Source of the DNA: a bacterium
GTDB taxonomy: Bacteria > Krumholzibacteriota > Krumholzibacteriia > LZORAL124-64-63
Assembly: GCA_043823125.1 (NCBI GenBank)
Contig: JBDRBC010000479.1
Location: 1 to 58,185, forward strand
DNA length: 58,185 nt
Direction of reading: 5' to 3'
The position numbers and the translations under genes are program-made. This document shows, in pieces, positions 18,676 through 28,218 of this stretch; position 1 is the stretch's first letter, and every line of letters starts with the position of its first letter. The notes below the pieces were generated by a model that was not told the origin of the DNA, ran no database searches, and saw only the letters and a program-made list of their open reading frames with translations.

Positions 18676-19977
18676 TTACCACCATTTTTCGATGCCGATG
18701 ACAGAAACTGTCACCCGCCAGATTCTATCCTCACTGCCGTTCCGGTCCAGGTCGCCGACCCAGACATGCGAAATGGCGAAATCCAGATGGCCGCTCCCCC
18801 GTTGCAACGGGAAACCCGACCCGAAAGTCAACTGTAACTCGTCGATCTCGTTACCGCCAACTTTGTAACCCCACTGCCGGACGGCGGCGCCGAACCGAAT
18901 GGGGAGATTACTCCACCCACCCCGGCGGACACTCTCGCGGTCACGTTCGAATCCGCAGGCCCATGTCCACTCGTCGACCATGTCGGCCGCCCAGTCGTCG
19001 CGGCCGCTGAACTCGGAATAGGCCTGGTAATCGTAATCGAGCCCGAAACGCCAGCGCGGACTGAACCGGATGTTGCACCCCGCCGACCAGGCCAGCGGCA
19101 TCTGCACGCTGAAGCTACTGTCCGCCTTGGCCGCCACGCCGCCGATCTCCAGGTGGCGCTTCATCTCCACTTCGTGGGCGGCGGTGAACGATCCCCCGAG
19201 CTGAAAGCGGGGAAATGGTGAGACCAGGAAAGCGAAAGTAGACGAAGTGCCTGACAGCTCATCGTTCACGGAGCGGCTGCGCGGCAGATAATCGACGACG
19301 CCGTTGCCGTCGGCATCGGTATCGAAGAAGTTGTTCAAGGTCTCGTTGATGCTCCCCCGCACCAGGTTGACACTGGCTCCCACGGCAATTATCGGGCTGA
19401 AACGCCAGGCGAGGCCGATGGGTATTTCGAACTGGGTGCCGTCGCGCAGGAAATCCTCCGTCCCCTCCACGACCAGATCGCCCGCCTGCCAGGTCTGGGG
19501 CTGCGTGTACGAGAACTCGGTGGCGCGCCGCCCGAGGAACCCGGCAGTCAGGGCCCCCCGGTTGCCCAGCAAGGGGATAGCGGCCCGTACAGTCGGCGTC
19601 AGCACCCGTCGGGTTTTGCGGCCGGTCCCGTCGCTCTGGCTGTCGCGTCCCTCGGCATACCCGCTCAGCAGGATGGTCACACCCTGCAGTGGCGCCAGGC
19701 TGGCCAGATTCTTGAAGCCGGGCAACAAGGTGTCCTGCTCGGCCATGCCCCAGCCACCCCGGCCGGTAATCCGGGCGTCGTGCACCTGGATACTCGAGCC
19801 GAGATTGAGCAGAGCGAACGGTCCCTGGGCGCTGGCCGGGCTGGTCCAGCAGCAGAGCGCCGCCAGTGCGAGACAGCTCAGGCGCCGTATCGTAAGCCAC
19901 CGTCTGCTTGTCCCCGGCACAGGATCGCCGGGAAAGCCGGGCAGAGAGGCGAGGCATCTTGGCGTAAACATGGTCAC
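18676..19977 (-). CDS. outer-membrane beta-barrel protein (family unassigned)
   Basis: 433 aa with a signal peptide ending SPASAQG, alternating beta-strand pattern and an aromatic C-terminus (...VIGIEKWW). Start is GTG at 19977 (GTGA overlap with the upstream stop) or ATG at 19971. Confidence 0.65.
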   Translation of the reverse strand: MTMFTPRCLASLPGFPGDPVPGTSRRWLTIRRLSCLALAALCCWTSPASAQGPFALLNLGSSIQVHDARITGRGGWGMAEQDTLLPGFKNLASLAPLQGVTILLSGYAEGRDSQSDGTGRKTRRVLTPTVRAAIPLLGNRGALTAGFLGRRATEFSYTQPQTWQAGDLVVEGTEDFLRDGTQFEIPIGLAWRFSPIIAVGASVNLVRGSINETLNNFFDTDADGNGVVDYLPRSRSVNDELSGTSSTFAFLVSPFPRFQLGGSFTAAHEVEMKRHLEIGGVAAKADSSFSVQMPLAWSAGCNIRFSPRWRFGLDYDYQAYSEFSGRDDWAADMVDEWTWACGFERDRESVRRGGWSNLPIRFGAAVRQWGYKVGGNEIDELQLTFGSGFPLQRGSGHLDFAISHVWVGDLDRNGSEDRIWRVTVSVIGIEKWW

Positions 19978-21323
19978 TCCCCCCCTTCCGTCAGCTCATC
20001 GATGCGAGTGTAGGTGATGTCCAGATAAGGGCGTAAGGTATCGAGTGCCGTCGTGCCGAAGAAATGGAACCGGGCAAGCTGGAAATCGGGATCGACACTG
20101 GAGACATCGTAAGTCGGGAAGAAATCCTCGGCAGCGCACAAGATGTACCGGATCGGATCCTCGAAAACTCCGTTCACCACTCGCTGTAGTGAACGGGTGA
20201 TGTTGAACTCGAGGCGTTGCAGGTGATACGGATCGAGACTCGTTCTCCCGGTGACCGACGCCACGGCGTCCCCCAGGTCATCCAGGGTAACGCTGTCCAC
20301 CACGCTGGCCACGAAGCTGGAATCGATCTCGGCGCAGATGATGTTGGTCAGAGGGCCGTAACTGCGAGTGGTGTCGTTGTAGACCCCGAGCACGGCGCGA
20401 TTGATCAGCACGTTCTCCGGCAGCGTCGAGAGATCGAAATCCAGGTAGGGATAACTGCGGAGGTGCGTTCGGAGCACGATCCCCTCGCTGGGATCGTCAG
20501 GCGCCGGCGCGATGTGATCCCAGGTACTTAGATCGACGGCGGGGCGGAGTACGTCGGTGTAGCCGGCCGGCTCTTTGAATTCGATCTGCAGAACGACACC
20601 AACGGTCGTGTCATCATCATCGAGTTCGAGCTGGCTACCTGCGAAATCGAACTCGTTGGAAGCGACGCCCATCAAACCCTCATCCACAGAGAGATCTTCG
20701 TCTTCACTGATCATGATCCCGTTATGAGAGGCATACCACCCCAGCAACACTTCCGGTCGCAACGGGATCGTCTGGGGCGAATTGATATCGATGGTGTCAT
20801 TGGGAGTGGCATTGATCAATTCCGGTTCGACTGCCGGTCGATCCCCTGGGTAAACGGTGGAGTCGAGTGGCGCCGCCAGATTCTGGATCTGGAATACCTT
20901 GGTGATCGTGGTGCCGTCCAGAGCCCGTAAATTGTTGTAGTGATTGGGGAAGTACAGGATCAGGTTGAATCTCTTGATGTTACTGGTATCCGTATCAGCC
21001 TGGATCGTATCGAGCCAGGTCTCGAAGTCGTAACGAACCAGGATCGCCGAGCGCTCGTCTCCCTGCCGACCAATGTACAGTACTCGGTTCTGGGTAAAGG
21101 GAATATCCTCAATTTCCAGGTTACCGAAGTCGTCAAAGTCCAGAATTTTGAGCAGGTGCAACGAATCGTACCGAGCTTCATGCAGCCCCGCGCCGACCAG
21201 GTTGCTCTGTTCGCTGGTGCAGCCGGCTCCCAGCGCCATGACCAGCGCGGCCGTCAATCCCCACAGAGGTGGCAGCCACCGGCGATTCCCGAGCGACCGC
21301 AAAGACAATCCCTTCAGAAACAA
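19974..21323 (-). CDS. lipoprotein, function unknown
   Basis: 449 aa with lipobox ALGAGC. TTG start at 21323 lies 6 nt after a strong GGAAGGAG. No recognisable catalytic motif. Confidence 0.6.
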   Translation of the reverse strand: MFLKGLSLRSLGNRRWLPPLWGLTAALVMALGAGCTSEQSNLVGAGLHEARYDSLHLLKILDFDDFGNLEIEDIPFTQNRVLYIGRQGDERSAILVRYDFETWLDTIQADTDTSNIKRFNLILYFPNHYNNLRALDGTTITKVFQIQNLAAPLDSTVYPGDRPAVEPELINATPNDTIDINSPQTIPLRPEVLLGWYASHNGIMISEDEDLSVDEGLMGVASNEFDFAGSQLELDDDDTTVGVVLQIEFKEPAGYTDVLRPAVDLSTWDHIAPAPDDPSEGIVLRTHLRSYPYLDFDLSTLPENVLINRAVLGVYNDTTRSYGPLTNIICAEIDSSFVASVVDSVTLDDLGDAVASVTGRTSLDPYHLQRLEFNITRSLQRVVNGVFEDPIRYILCAAEDFFPTYDVSSVDPDFQLARFHFFGTTALDTLRPYLDITYTRIDELTEGGE

Positions 21324-21499
21324 CAGGCACTCCTTCCAAAAAACCGGGTTACCCCCGGTACCGTGAGCGACAATACTATGCCCGTCAACCCACCAGCGTC
21401 AAGCCGGGCCACAACCGAGCGACCCGGTGGTGACGGTCTCGGTGGTGACGGTCTCGGTGGCGCCGTTCCGGCCGCGACGACCAGTCGACCGAAACCCGT

Positions 21500-21919
21500 T
21501 CATTTCCTTTCAGTTCCCTCGGGGGCCCGCGCGGAAATACTGACCCGGGTGAATCCGCTCTCCTTGACAAGATCGATCAGGCGCACGACATCGCCGTGAT
21601 CGGCCTCGGTGTCGGCGCGCAGGATGATCCGATCTTCTCCTGTCGTGGCCTGCATTTGCGCCAAGGTGGCCGGTAACGAGGTGTCGTCCAGTGCCTGATC
21701 GTTGAGATAGACCGCACCGTCGGATGTCAGGTAGAGCACGGCCGGCGTGAGCGGCGATTCCTCGGCGGATACCGACCGCGGCAGGACCAGATTGATGGCC
21801 GGTTGATTCTTGAAGGTCGAGGTGACCATGATAAATATCAGCAGCAGAAACATCACATCGATCAGCGAGGTGACGTTGATGATCAGGCGGCTCCCCTTCT
21901 TGGGTGGCATGAAATCCAT
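21500..21919 (-). CDS. exbD: ExbD/TolR-family biopolymer transport protein
   Basis: 139 aa. INVTSLIDVMFLLLIFIMVTS (TM helix) followed by a periplasmic domain ...RIILRADTEADHGDVVRLIDLVKESG. Confidence 0.9.
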   Translation of the reverse strand: MDFMPPKKGSRLIINVTSLIDVMFLLLIFIMVTSTFKNQPAINLVLPRSVSAEESPLTPAVLYLTSDGAVYLNDQALDDTSLPATLAQMQATTGEDRIILRADTEADHGDVVRLIDLVKESGFTRVSISARAPEGTERK

Positions 21920-21920
21920 G

Positions 21921-22583
21921 TCACCGCACCCCCGCCGGAGTTCCGTCCCCGAGACCGGGAGCGGGTGCCGAGTTCATCGGTTGCCGGCGACGGAGGGTAT
22001 CGAGCACCTTGGTGGCGTAACACTCCAGCTCGAAGATGATCCCCTTGGCGCGACCTTCCAGCCAGTTGTGCCCCACCAGGGCGGGGATGCCCACCATCAG
22101 TCCCGCGGCGGTGGTGATCATCGCCTCGGAGATTCCGCCCGAGAGGTGTTCGGCGTACCCGAGTCCGTGGGCCGAGACGGACGAGAACACCCGGATCATT
22201 CCGGTGACCGTGCCGAGCAAGCCGAGCAGCGGGGCCACCGCCGCCACCGTCTCCAGGATGCCAAGATGGCGAATCAGGCGCACCCCCTCCTGCCGACCGG
22301 CTTCCTGGAGCACCTGCTGGATGATCTCCCAGTCGTCCTCGGCATGGTCGAGTCCTGTGCGCACGAGATTGGCGAAGGCGCCCGGTTTCCGTTCGCAGAT
22401 GGCATAGGCCACGGAGTAGTCGTTACCGGCGGCAAGGGTCTCCACGGCCTCGGCGATCTCCGGATAGATGATCCGGTGCCGGCGCAGGGTGAGCAGGCGC
22501 TCCACGAAGATGGCCAGGCCGATCAAGGAGCAGAGAATGATGGGAATCATCATGATGTTCCCGGAGCGGATCAGTTCCCACAT
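21921..22583 (-). CDS. exbB: MotA/TolQ/ExbB proton-channel protein
   Basis: ATG at 22583, after GGAGG, gives MWELIRSGNIMMIPIILCSLIGLAIFVERL. C-terminal GLLGTVTGMI...EAMITTAAGLMVGIPAL is typical of the family. Confidence 0.9.
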   Translation of the reverse strand: MWELIRSGNIMMIPIILCSLIGLAIFVERLLTLRRHRIIYPEIAEAVETLAAGNDYSVAYAICERKPGAFANLVRTGLDHAEDDWEIIQQVLQEAGRQEGVRLIRHLGILETVAAVAPLLGLLGTVTGMIRVFSSVSAHGLGYAEHLSGGISEAMITTAAGLMVGIPALVGHNWLEGRAKGIIFELECYATKVLDTLRRRQPMNSAPAPGLGDGTPAGVR

Positions 22584-22635
22584 GTTTTTCCTGAACCTCC
22601 AGTAGTATCGGGTTCGGACGGGTCGAGGACTTGAC

Positions 22636-24024
22636 TCAACGTCGAGAACCGGTGCGGGATCCGCCCCCACCTGCCGCTCGCTGCTGTCTGATCAACTTTT
22701 CCCACGCCGGATATTCCAGCGTGTACCTGATCACCAGTTTCTCTTCGGGGAAGTCCGGCGGCAGTGGCGCGAAAGGCGCCGAGGCCCTGATGGCCGCCAC
22801 ACTGGCCTGATGCAATGATTCGTGCCCCACCGTCTCTTTGATCTCGAGCGGACCGAGAGTGCCGTCGGGATTGATCTCCACTACCAGGGTGGTTCTGCCA
22901 CTGAGTATCCCCAGCGCGTAATAGGCATAGGGTGGAATCCAGTGCCGCTGGATTTCCTGCCCGAACTGTTTCATCCACGGCGCAAAGTTCCACTCTAGGG
23001 TGTTGAGATGGTATTCGCCCGAGCGAACGATATTCCCCTCGATATCACCCACCGCGATCTGATCGAACTCGAATCCCCGATCACCACCGATCTGCTCGCG
23101 AGAGCGGAGAATGGACGGCGCCGGAGTATCCAGGAACGGCGAGTTTTCCGGTGACTCTTCAGCCGCCTCCGTAGTCTCCTCGGATTCATCTTCGGTGATG
23201 TCAGCTGGTTCTTCCGCCCCGTTCACCTCGCCCGGTCTCGGCTCGCCGCTGGGGAGTTCCAGGTCACTGGGATCGAACCGAGTATCACTCGGGTCTGTGG
23301 GCTCGTTCTCGGTACCCGGCAGTTGTTCGGCCAGTGGCAGGTCGCCCGTCTCGCCGGCGGCCTCCGGTGCGGGCTCGGCCCGGTAGCCCGCCGCAGCAGC
23401 CGACCGGGTTCGTTCCGGTGTCGCCGGTTCCGTGAATTGAATACCGGGCAGGTTCTCCAGCTCTTCCCGTTGAATCGCCACCTGGGGGAAATTCAGCGGG
23501 ATCTCGGCCGCGGGCTGGCTGCTCTCCTCGCCATCCGGAAGTTGATCCGCGGCTCGACTGTTGTGTAGCGCCAGGAAATCAGGTCGCTCAGGCGGCTCCG
23601 CGGAGGCCATCCGCTCGGGGATGTCGGTGTAGGTACGCGGTTTATCAGGATCTTCAGCGGGAGGCGCTTGCGTTGCGGCTAACTCGATATCGGGCAACAG
23701 GATCAGTTCGTTGGGATCTTCCTCTGCCCGAGCGAGTCCCCAATCTTCCGGATTAACGAACTCCATATTCCAGGTGGCCAGGACAATCAACGCGTGGATG
23801 ACCAGGGAAACCACAAATGCATGGAAGGTCGACCTGTGAGTATCCACCCTGCCTGTTCCGCCCTTCCTGGATTCGGACCTCGACGGTGCGGGATAACTCG
23901 TGGCGAGCAATCCCCGGAGAATGTACCGTGTCCTCCACAGAATAGCAAAGCCCAGCCGATCAAGCATTGACGGCAGGGCCGACCCGATTGATGCTGGCCA
24001 GGATATATCCGGAATCACTGCCAC
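22636..24024 (-). CDS. TonB/TolA-like energy transducer with long acidic/proline-rich linker (start uncertain: GTG 24024 or ATG 23967)
   Basis: One TM helix (FHAFVVSLVIHALIVLATW), a ~250-aa Pro/Glu/Ala-rich linker, and a C-terminal TonB_C-like fold (GRTTLVVEINPDGTLGPLEIKETVGHESLHQASVAAIRASAPFAPLP). Confidence 0.7.
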   Translation of the reverse strand: MAVIPDISWPASIGSALPSMLDRLGFAILWRTRYILRGLLATSYPAPSRSESRKGGTGRVDTHRSTFHAFVVSLVIHALIVLATWNMEFVNPEDWGLARAEEDPNELILLPDIELAATQAPPAEDPDKPRTYTDIPERMASAEPPERPDFLALHNSRAADQLPDGEESSQPAAEIPLNFPQVAIQREELENLPGIQFTEPATPERTRSAAAAGYRAEPAPEAAGETGDLPLAEQLPGTENEPTDPSDTRFDPSDLELPSGEPRPGEVNGAEEPADITEDESEETTEAAEESPENSPFLDTPAPSILRSREQIGGDRGFEFDQIAVGDIEGNIVRSGEYHLNTLEWNFAPWMKQFGQEIQRHWIPPYAYYALGILSGRTTLVVEINPDGTLGPLEIKETVGHESLHQASVAAIRASAPFAPLPPDFPEEKLVIRYTLEYPAWEKLIRQQRAAGGGGSRTGSRR

Positions 24025-24089
24025 CAGACGGCGATTCAGACTCGATCCGGGCCCAGCGGTAATCGCGAACTCTTGCAGGGGCGGAACAG

Positions 24090-25058
24090 ATGTCTCGACA
24101 CCCCGACCGGAACCGAGAGCAAGCGACGGTCAAGCGGATCCGGACTGCCATCGACTCTCTGCGGGGCCAATTCCCGGCCCAGTTGCTGGTGGATGTGCCG
24201 CTGCGGGAGTTGACAACGTTTCGCATCGGCGGTCCGGCCCTCGGCGTCGGACTCATCCAAACGCACGATGACGCGCGCAAGTTCCAGGCTATCGCCGCGG
24301 AACACGACCTGCCGCTCGCTTTTCTCGGCGACGGCAGCAATGTACTCGCTGACGATCGCGGTTTTTGCGGACTCATCCTGAAGATGGAGGTCCCGACCTT
24401 CGAGATACACGGTGATACCGTCACCGTCGGGGCCGGGGTCCGGTTCGACAACCTCATCGAACGATGTCTGGCCGCCGGTCTGGTCGGACTCGAGTTCGCT
24501 TCCGGGATCCCGGGCACCGTGGGTGGGGCCGTGGTGGGCAACGCCGGTTGCTACGGACATGAGATCAGTGAATTCCTGGTGGCGGCGACCGTCTTGCGCG
24601 CGGACGGACGACTCGAAACCGTCGGTCCCGAAGACCTCGTCTTCAGTTACCGGAATTCCCGTCTCAAGGGGAGCACAGATCTACTGCTGGAAGCCGAATT
24701 ACAGCTACGTCAAGGGGACAACACGGCGGCCCTCCAGGCACGTCAGGAACACCTCGCCAGTCGCGGCCGCAAACACCCCGTCCACGAACCGTGCGCCGGC
24801 AGCTATTTCCAGAATCTGCCGCCACGGATTTCTGGCGGCAAGCGACGTGCGGCCGGTGAGCTGCTGGAGGCGGTGGGCGCCAAGGAGATGCAGGTCGGGG
24901 GCGCGGCCGTCTTCGCCAAGCACGCCAACATCATCATCAATGCGGATGGCGCCTCTTGCCGTGACGTCCAGGCGCTGGCGGCCCGCATGCGGACCGCCGT
25001 CGCCGATCGTTTCGAGGTTCAATTGCAGGAGGAAGTCCGGTATCTGTCGTGGTGCTGA
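24090..25058 (+). CDS. murB: UDP-N-acetylenolpyruvoylglucosamine reductase
   Basis: 322 aa with LTTFRIGGPA, LGDGSNVL, IPGTVGGAVVGNAGCYG and GSYFQN motifs. Confidence 0.9.
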   Translation: MSRHPDRNREQATVKRIRTAIDSLRGQFPAQLLVDVPLRELTTFRIGGPALGVGLIQTHDDARKFQAIAAEHDLPLAFLGDGSNVLADDRGFCGLILKMEVPTFEIHGDTVTVGAGVRFDNLIERCLAAGLVGLEFASGIPGTVGGAVVGNAGCYGHEISEFLVAATVLRADGRLETVGPEDLVFSYRNSRLKGSTDLLLEAELQLRQGDNTAALQARQEHLASRGRKHPVHEPCAGSYFQNLPPRISGGKRRAAGELLEAVGAKEMQVGGAAVFAKHANIIINADGASCRDVQALAARMRTAVADRFEVQLQEEVRYLSWC

Positions 25059-25134
25059 GGTATGGATTCGGGGGCGCATACTTGCCCGCCACCACTGCCG
25101 TCCAGCGCGGTGATTTCCACGTCGCGCCGCCGGA

Positions 25135-27978
25135 TCACTTCAACAGGGTCACCTTGTAACTGAACCGACGACCGTCCACCGCCAGGCTCAGGACGTAGGT
25201 GCCTGTGGCGGCCGCACCGCTATCAGTCAAACCATCCCAGGTGACCTGATTCGCGCCGGCCGGATACCAACTCCGTCCCAGGCTCGCCACCCGGCGTCCG
25301 CTCAGATCACATACCACCCCCTCGACCCAGGTCGCTCGCGGCAACTCGAACCGGACGAACACAGCGGGATTGAACGGATTCGGATACGGCGCCTCGACGT
25401 GGGTATACCGCCCAGGTGGCGTCTCGCCGTCTGACCAGCAGCGTGCCGTCTGGGCAGTGGTCACCGGCGAGTCCGCGGCGCCGGGAGTCACGAGGCGGAA
25501 ACTATACAATCCGTCATTCCCCTCCGTCAGACCTGCGGCCGCGACGGCCCCGGCGGATAGGGTCAGTTGCCAACCAACTACCGCCCGTGACAGGTCACCG
25601 TGAAAGGCGGTCGCACTTTCCGCCAGGCGTACCCAGTCACTGTTCGCGGCGCCCTCCAGCCACCATGCGTCACCAAGGGGAGGCTGAAAGGAAAGCTCGA
25701 AGATCCCTGCCCGACACCGGGCGACGAACTTTCGGGGCGCTGTGGGCACCGGATTGGGCTCGATGTTGAGCATGGTCAGTGCGAGTTCCAGTGAACGATC
25801 CAGTACCACCAGATCGAGAATGTTGTCGTTGTTGAAGTCGCCAACGGCAGTAGCATACGGCTCCAGAGCCGACTGGAAATCCACGGGCGGGATCATGAAC
25901 CAGTCACCGCTATTGACCACAATGCTGATGACCTGCTCCTCCGCGTAGGTGATGGCGAGATCGGGAAACCCGTTTTCGGTAAAATCGCCCACGGACAATG
26001 AGGTGGGACTTTTCCCCAGCTCGAAGTCTCTGAGCCGTTCCATGAGAGAGCCATCGCTCAGGTTTTCGATAAAGGTCAAGGCGTTCGAGTTTGCCTGAGC
26101 CACCACGATATCGAAGTCGCCATCATCATCGAAATCGGCCCGGGCGATGACGCGGGGACAACCTGGGTAGTTGTAGAATCGCGCCTGACCGAAGATGCCG
26201 CCAAGGTTCGTGAGTGTGGTCACTCGACCGATACAGCTCGTGAAGATGATGTCCGGCAGATCGTTGTCATCGATGTCGGCTAGAACGATATCGTCGGGAG
26301 CATCCACGAGGTGCAATTCCGAGACATCCACAAAGGTGCCGTCCCCCACCCCGAATCCCACCGTGATATTATCGGATCCCTCGTTGCCCACCACCAGATC
26401 GTCGATCCCGTCATCGTTCAAATCATCCGCAAGGACCTTGTACGGGCCGACGCCGGTAGGCATCACCCCCAGCGGTGTGTAGCCCCCCCCCGGCAAGCGG
26501 CGCATGATCTGGATCCTCGGCACACTGGGCTGGACGATGGCCAGATCCAGCAGGTTGTCGGCATCGGCGTGGATAGTGTTGAGCGTGCGGGGCGGATTGG
26601 CGAGCTGGACCGGTTCCGGATCCATGACCAGATGTCCCTGGTTGTCGCAACGCAAGATCTCTACCGTGGCAGTACCGAAACAGGCGACCAGGTAATCGAG
26701 ATCGCCGTCCAGATCCTCATCGAAAATGATGCCCCCGGTTGGTGACGGTGGAAGCAAGGTCGCCAGAAAAGCCCGGAAATTGATGGCGTTGTTGCCAAAG
26801 AGCAACGCGACCTCATCCGAAGCACCGTTGGCGACGGCCAGGTCCGGCCACAAATCACCGTTCATGTTCGTGATGGTCACATCCACTGCCTGCCCACCGC
26901 AGTAATAGGTCTCGTGCAGATTCCAGGCGGCCCCCGCTCGCCGGAAGAAATGCACGGTCCCCCGCTCGGTACTCCAGCACCAGAGGCCCTTCTCGAATTC
27001 CAAGATGGAATGGACCAGGAGCCCATCACCGGGCGTGAAGATCTGCAGCTCGTCGATCTCCACCAGGTTCCCGCTCTGGGGAGTGAATACGGTCACGTGG
27101 CAGGAGTCGGAGTAGGAGACGAAGAGTTCGTCCTGCAGGTCATCGTCCTGATCGAATACCTGCATCTTGAATGGTGCACCATCCATGTCGATCTGATTCA
27201 CCAACGAATAGGTGCCGCTGAGATCCCGGGCGAAGACGGAGCATGATCGCGAGAGCACACCGTTGTCGGCTGTAACCAGCTCGAGTTGACCGTCGCCGTC
27301 CATATCCAGAGGCACGATGGCTACCGGTCCGTCCCCGCTCGGAACGACCTGTTCGATTTGCCAACCGTCACCGCTATCGGCCACCAGAACCCAGCAATCG
27401 CTCCCGGGAGTCGTCACCGCCAAGGCGGGAGCTTCGTCAGGGCCGAACGGACCGTAGACGACATCGGCGGGATCTTCATCGAGTTCCACCGCGGCCAGAA
27501 CCGAGAACAGTTCCGGACTGACCTGATACTGAAGCAATACGACCTGGTCGGGATTGGCGGTCAGCGCCACGAGGATGTCGGGTTCCCCCGTAGGCCCCTC
27601 GACGGTTTTCAGGTCGACGATCTTACTCCCCAGATCGAAGCTTCTGGTGGGATAGAACTGACCGTAAGCCACATGCTCGACCAGCTTGATCAAACCACTC
27701 TCGTGACCGACCATGAGTTCGACCCAGTTATCGTCATCGACATCATACCCGACCACACTGGTGGTCGGTTCATGAGTGGCGACGGAGATCTGCCCCGGAA
27801 AACGGAGGGGAGCCGCCAGCAAGACAGCTGACCAGCCGAGATAAACCAGCATTAGCATGGGCCCGAAAAACCGGCGCCGCGGGCTCCGGAGCGAATGGCT
27901 CCGCAACCCTCGCCAAGCGACTACTGCTGAATTGTGTCTGGGCAGGACCGGCACTTCCGAAATGTCAAAGGGCGGCAT
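25135..27978 (-). CDS. FG-GAP/VCBS-repeat protein with T9SS-type (FlgD Ig-like) C-terminal sorting domain (start uncertain: 27978 or 27858; track maximum 28080)
   Basis: At least 7 calcium-binding-like DxDxDG repeats (DMDGDGQLELV, DEDLDGDLDYLV, DLNDDGIDDLVVGN, DFDDDGDFDIVV, DFNNDNILDLVV). C-terminal ~80 aa, PYPNPFNPAVFVRFELP...GTYVLSLAVDGRRFSYKVTLLK, resemble a Por/T9SS C-terminal domain. Confidence 0.75.
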   Translation of the reverse strand: MPPFDISEVPVLPRHNSAVVAWRGLRSHSLRSPRRRFFGPMLMLVYLGWSAVLLAAPLRFPGQISVATHEPTTSVVGYDVDDDNWVELMVGHESGLIKLVEHVAYGQFYPTRSFDLGSKIVDLKTVEGPTGEPDILVALTANPDQVVLLQYQVSPELFSVLAAVELDEDPADVVYGPFGPDEAPALAVTTPGSDCWVLVADSGDGWQIEQVVPSGDGPVAIVPLDMDGDGQLELVTADNGVLSRSCSVFARDLSGTYSLVNQIDMDGAPFKMQVFDQDDDLQDELFVSYSDSCHVTVFTPQSGNLVEIDELQIFTPGDGLLVHSILEFEKGLWCWSTERGTVHFFRRAGAAWNLHETYYCGGQAVDVTITNMNGDLWPDLAVANGASDEVALLFGNNAINFRAFLATLLPPSPTGGIIFDEDLDGDLDYLVACFGTATVEILRCDNQGHLVMDPEPVQLANPPRTLNTIHADADNLLDLAIVQPSVPRIQIMRRLPGGGYTPLGVMPTGVGPYKVLADDLNDDGIDDLVVGNEGSDNITVGFGVGDGTFVDVSELHLVDAPDDIVLADIDDNDLPDIIFTSCIGRVTTLTNLGGIFGQARFYNYPGCPRVIARADFDDDGDFDIVVAQANSNALTFIENLSDGSLMERLRDFELGKSPTSLSVGDFTENGFPDLAITYAEEQVISIVVNSGDWFMIPPVDFQSALEPYATAVGDFNNDNILDLVVLDRSLELALTMLNIEPNPVPTAPRKFVARCRAGIFELSFQPPLGDAWWLEGAANSDWVRLAESATAFHGDLSRAVVGWQLTLSAGAVAAAGLTEGNDGLYSFRLVTPGAADSPVTTAQTARCWSDGETPPGRYTHVEAPYPNPFNPAVFVRFELPRATWVEGVVCDLSGRRVASLGRSWYPAGANQVTWDGLTDSGAAATGTYVLSLAVDGRRFSYKVTLLK

Positions 27979-28218
27979 ATCTACCTTTCCGGAAAGGGGC
28001 GCGACTACCTCATTGCAGTATACGGCGGATACGGTCCGGTGACAAAATTGATGCGGTTGATTCACCGCGTCACGAACCATTTCAGGGCAGAAACGGGTTA
28101 ATGGTTGACACTACCGTGCCCGGACCTGAAATTAAACAGGAGACTCGGTCGCCGTACGGGCGGTGACCGCCACGATTTTCCCCCACATCAATGGTGGCAG
28201 CGCCGACAGGAGCCATCC

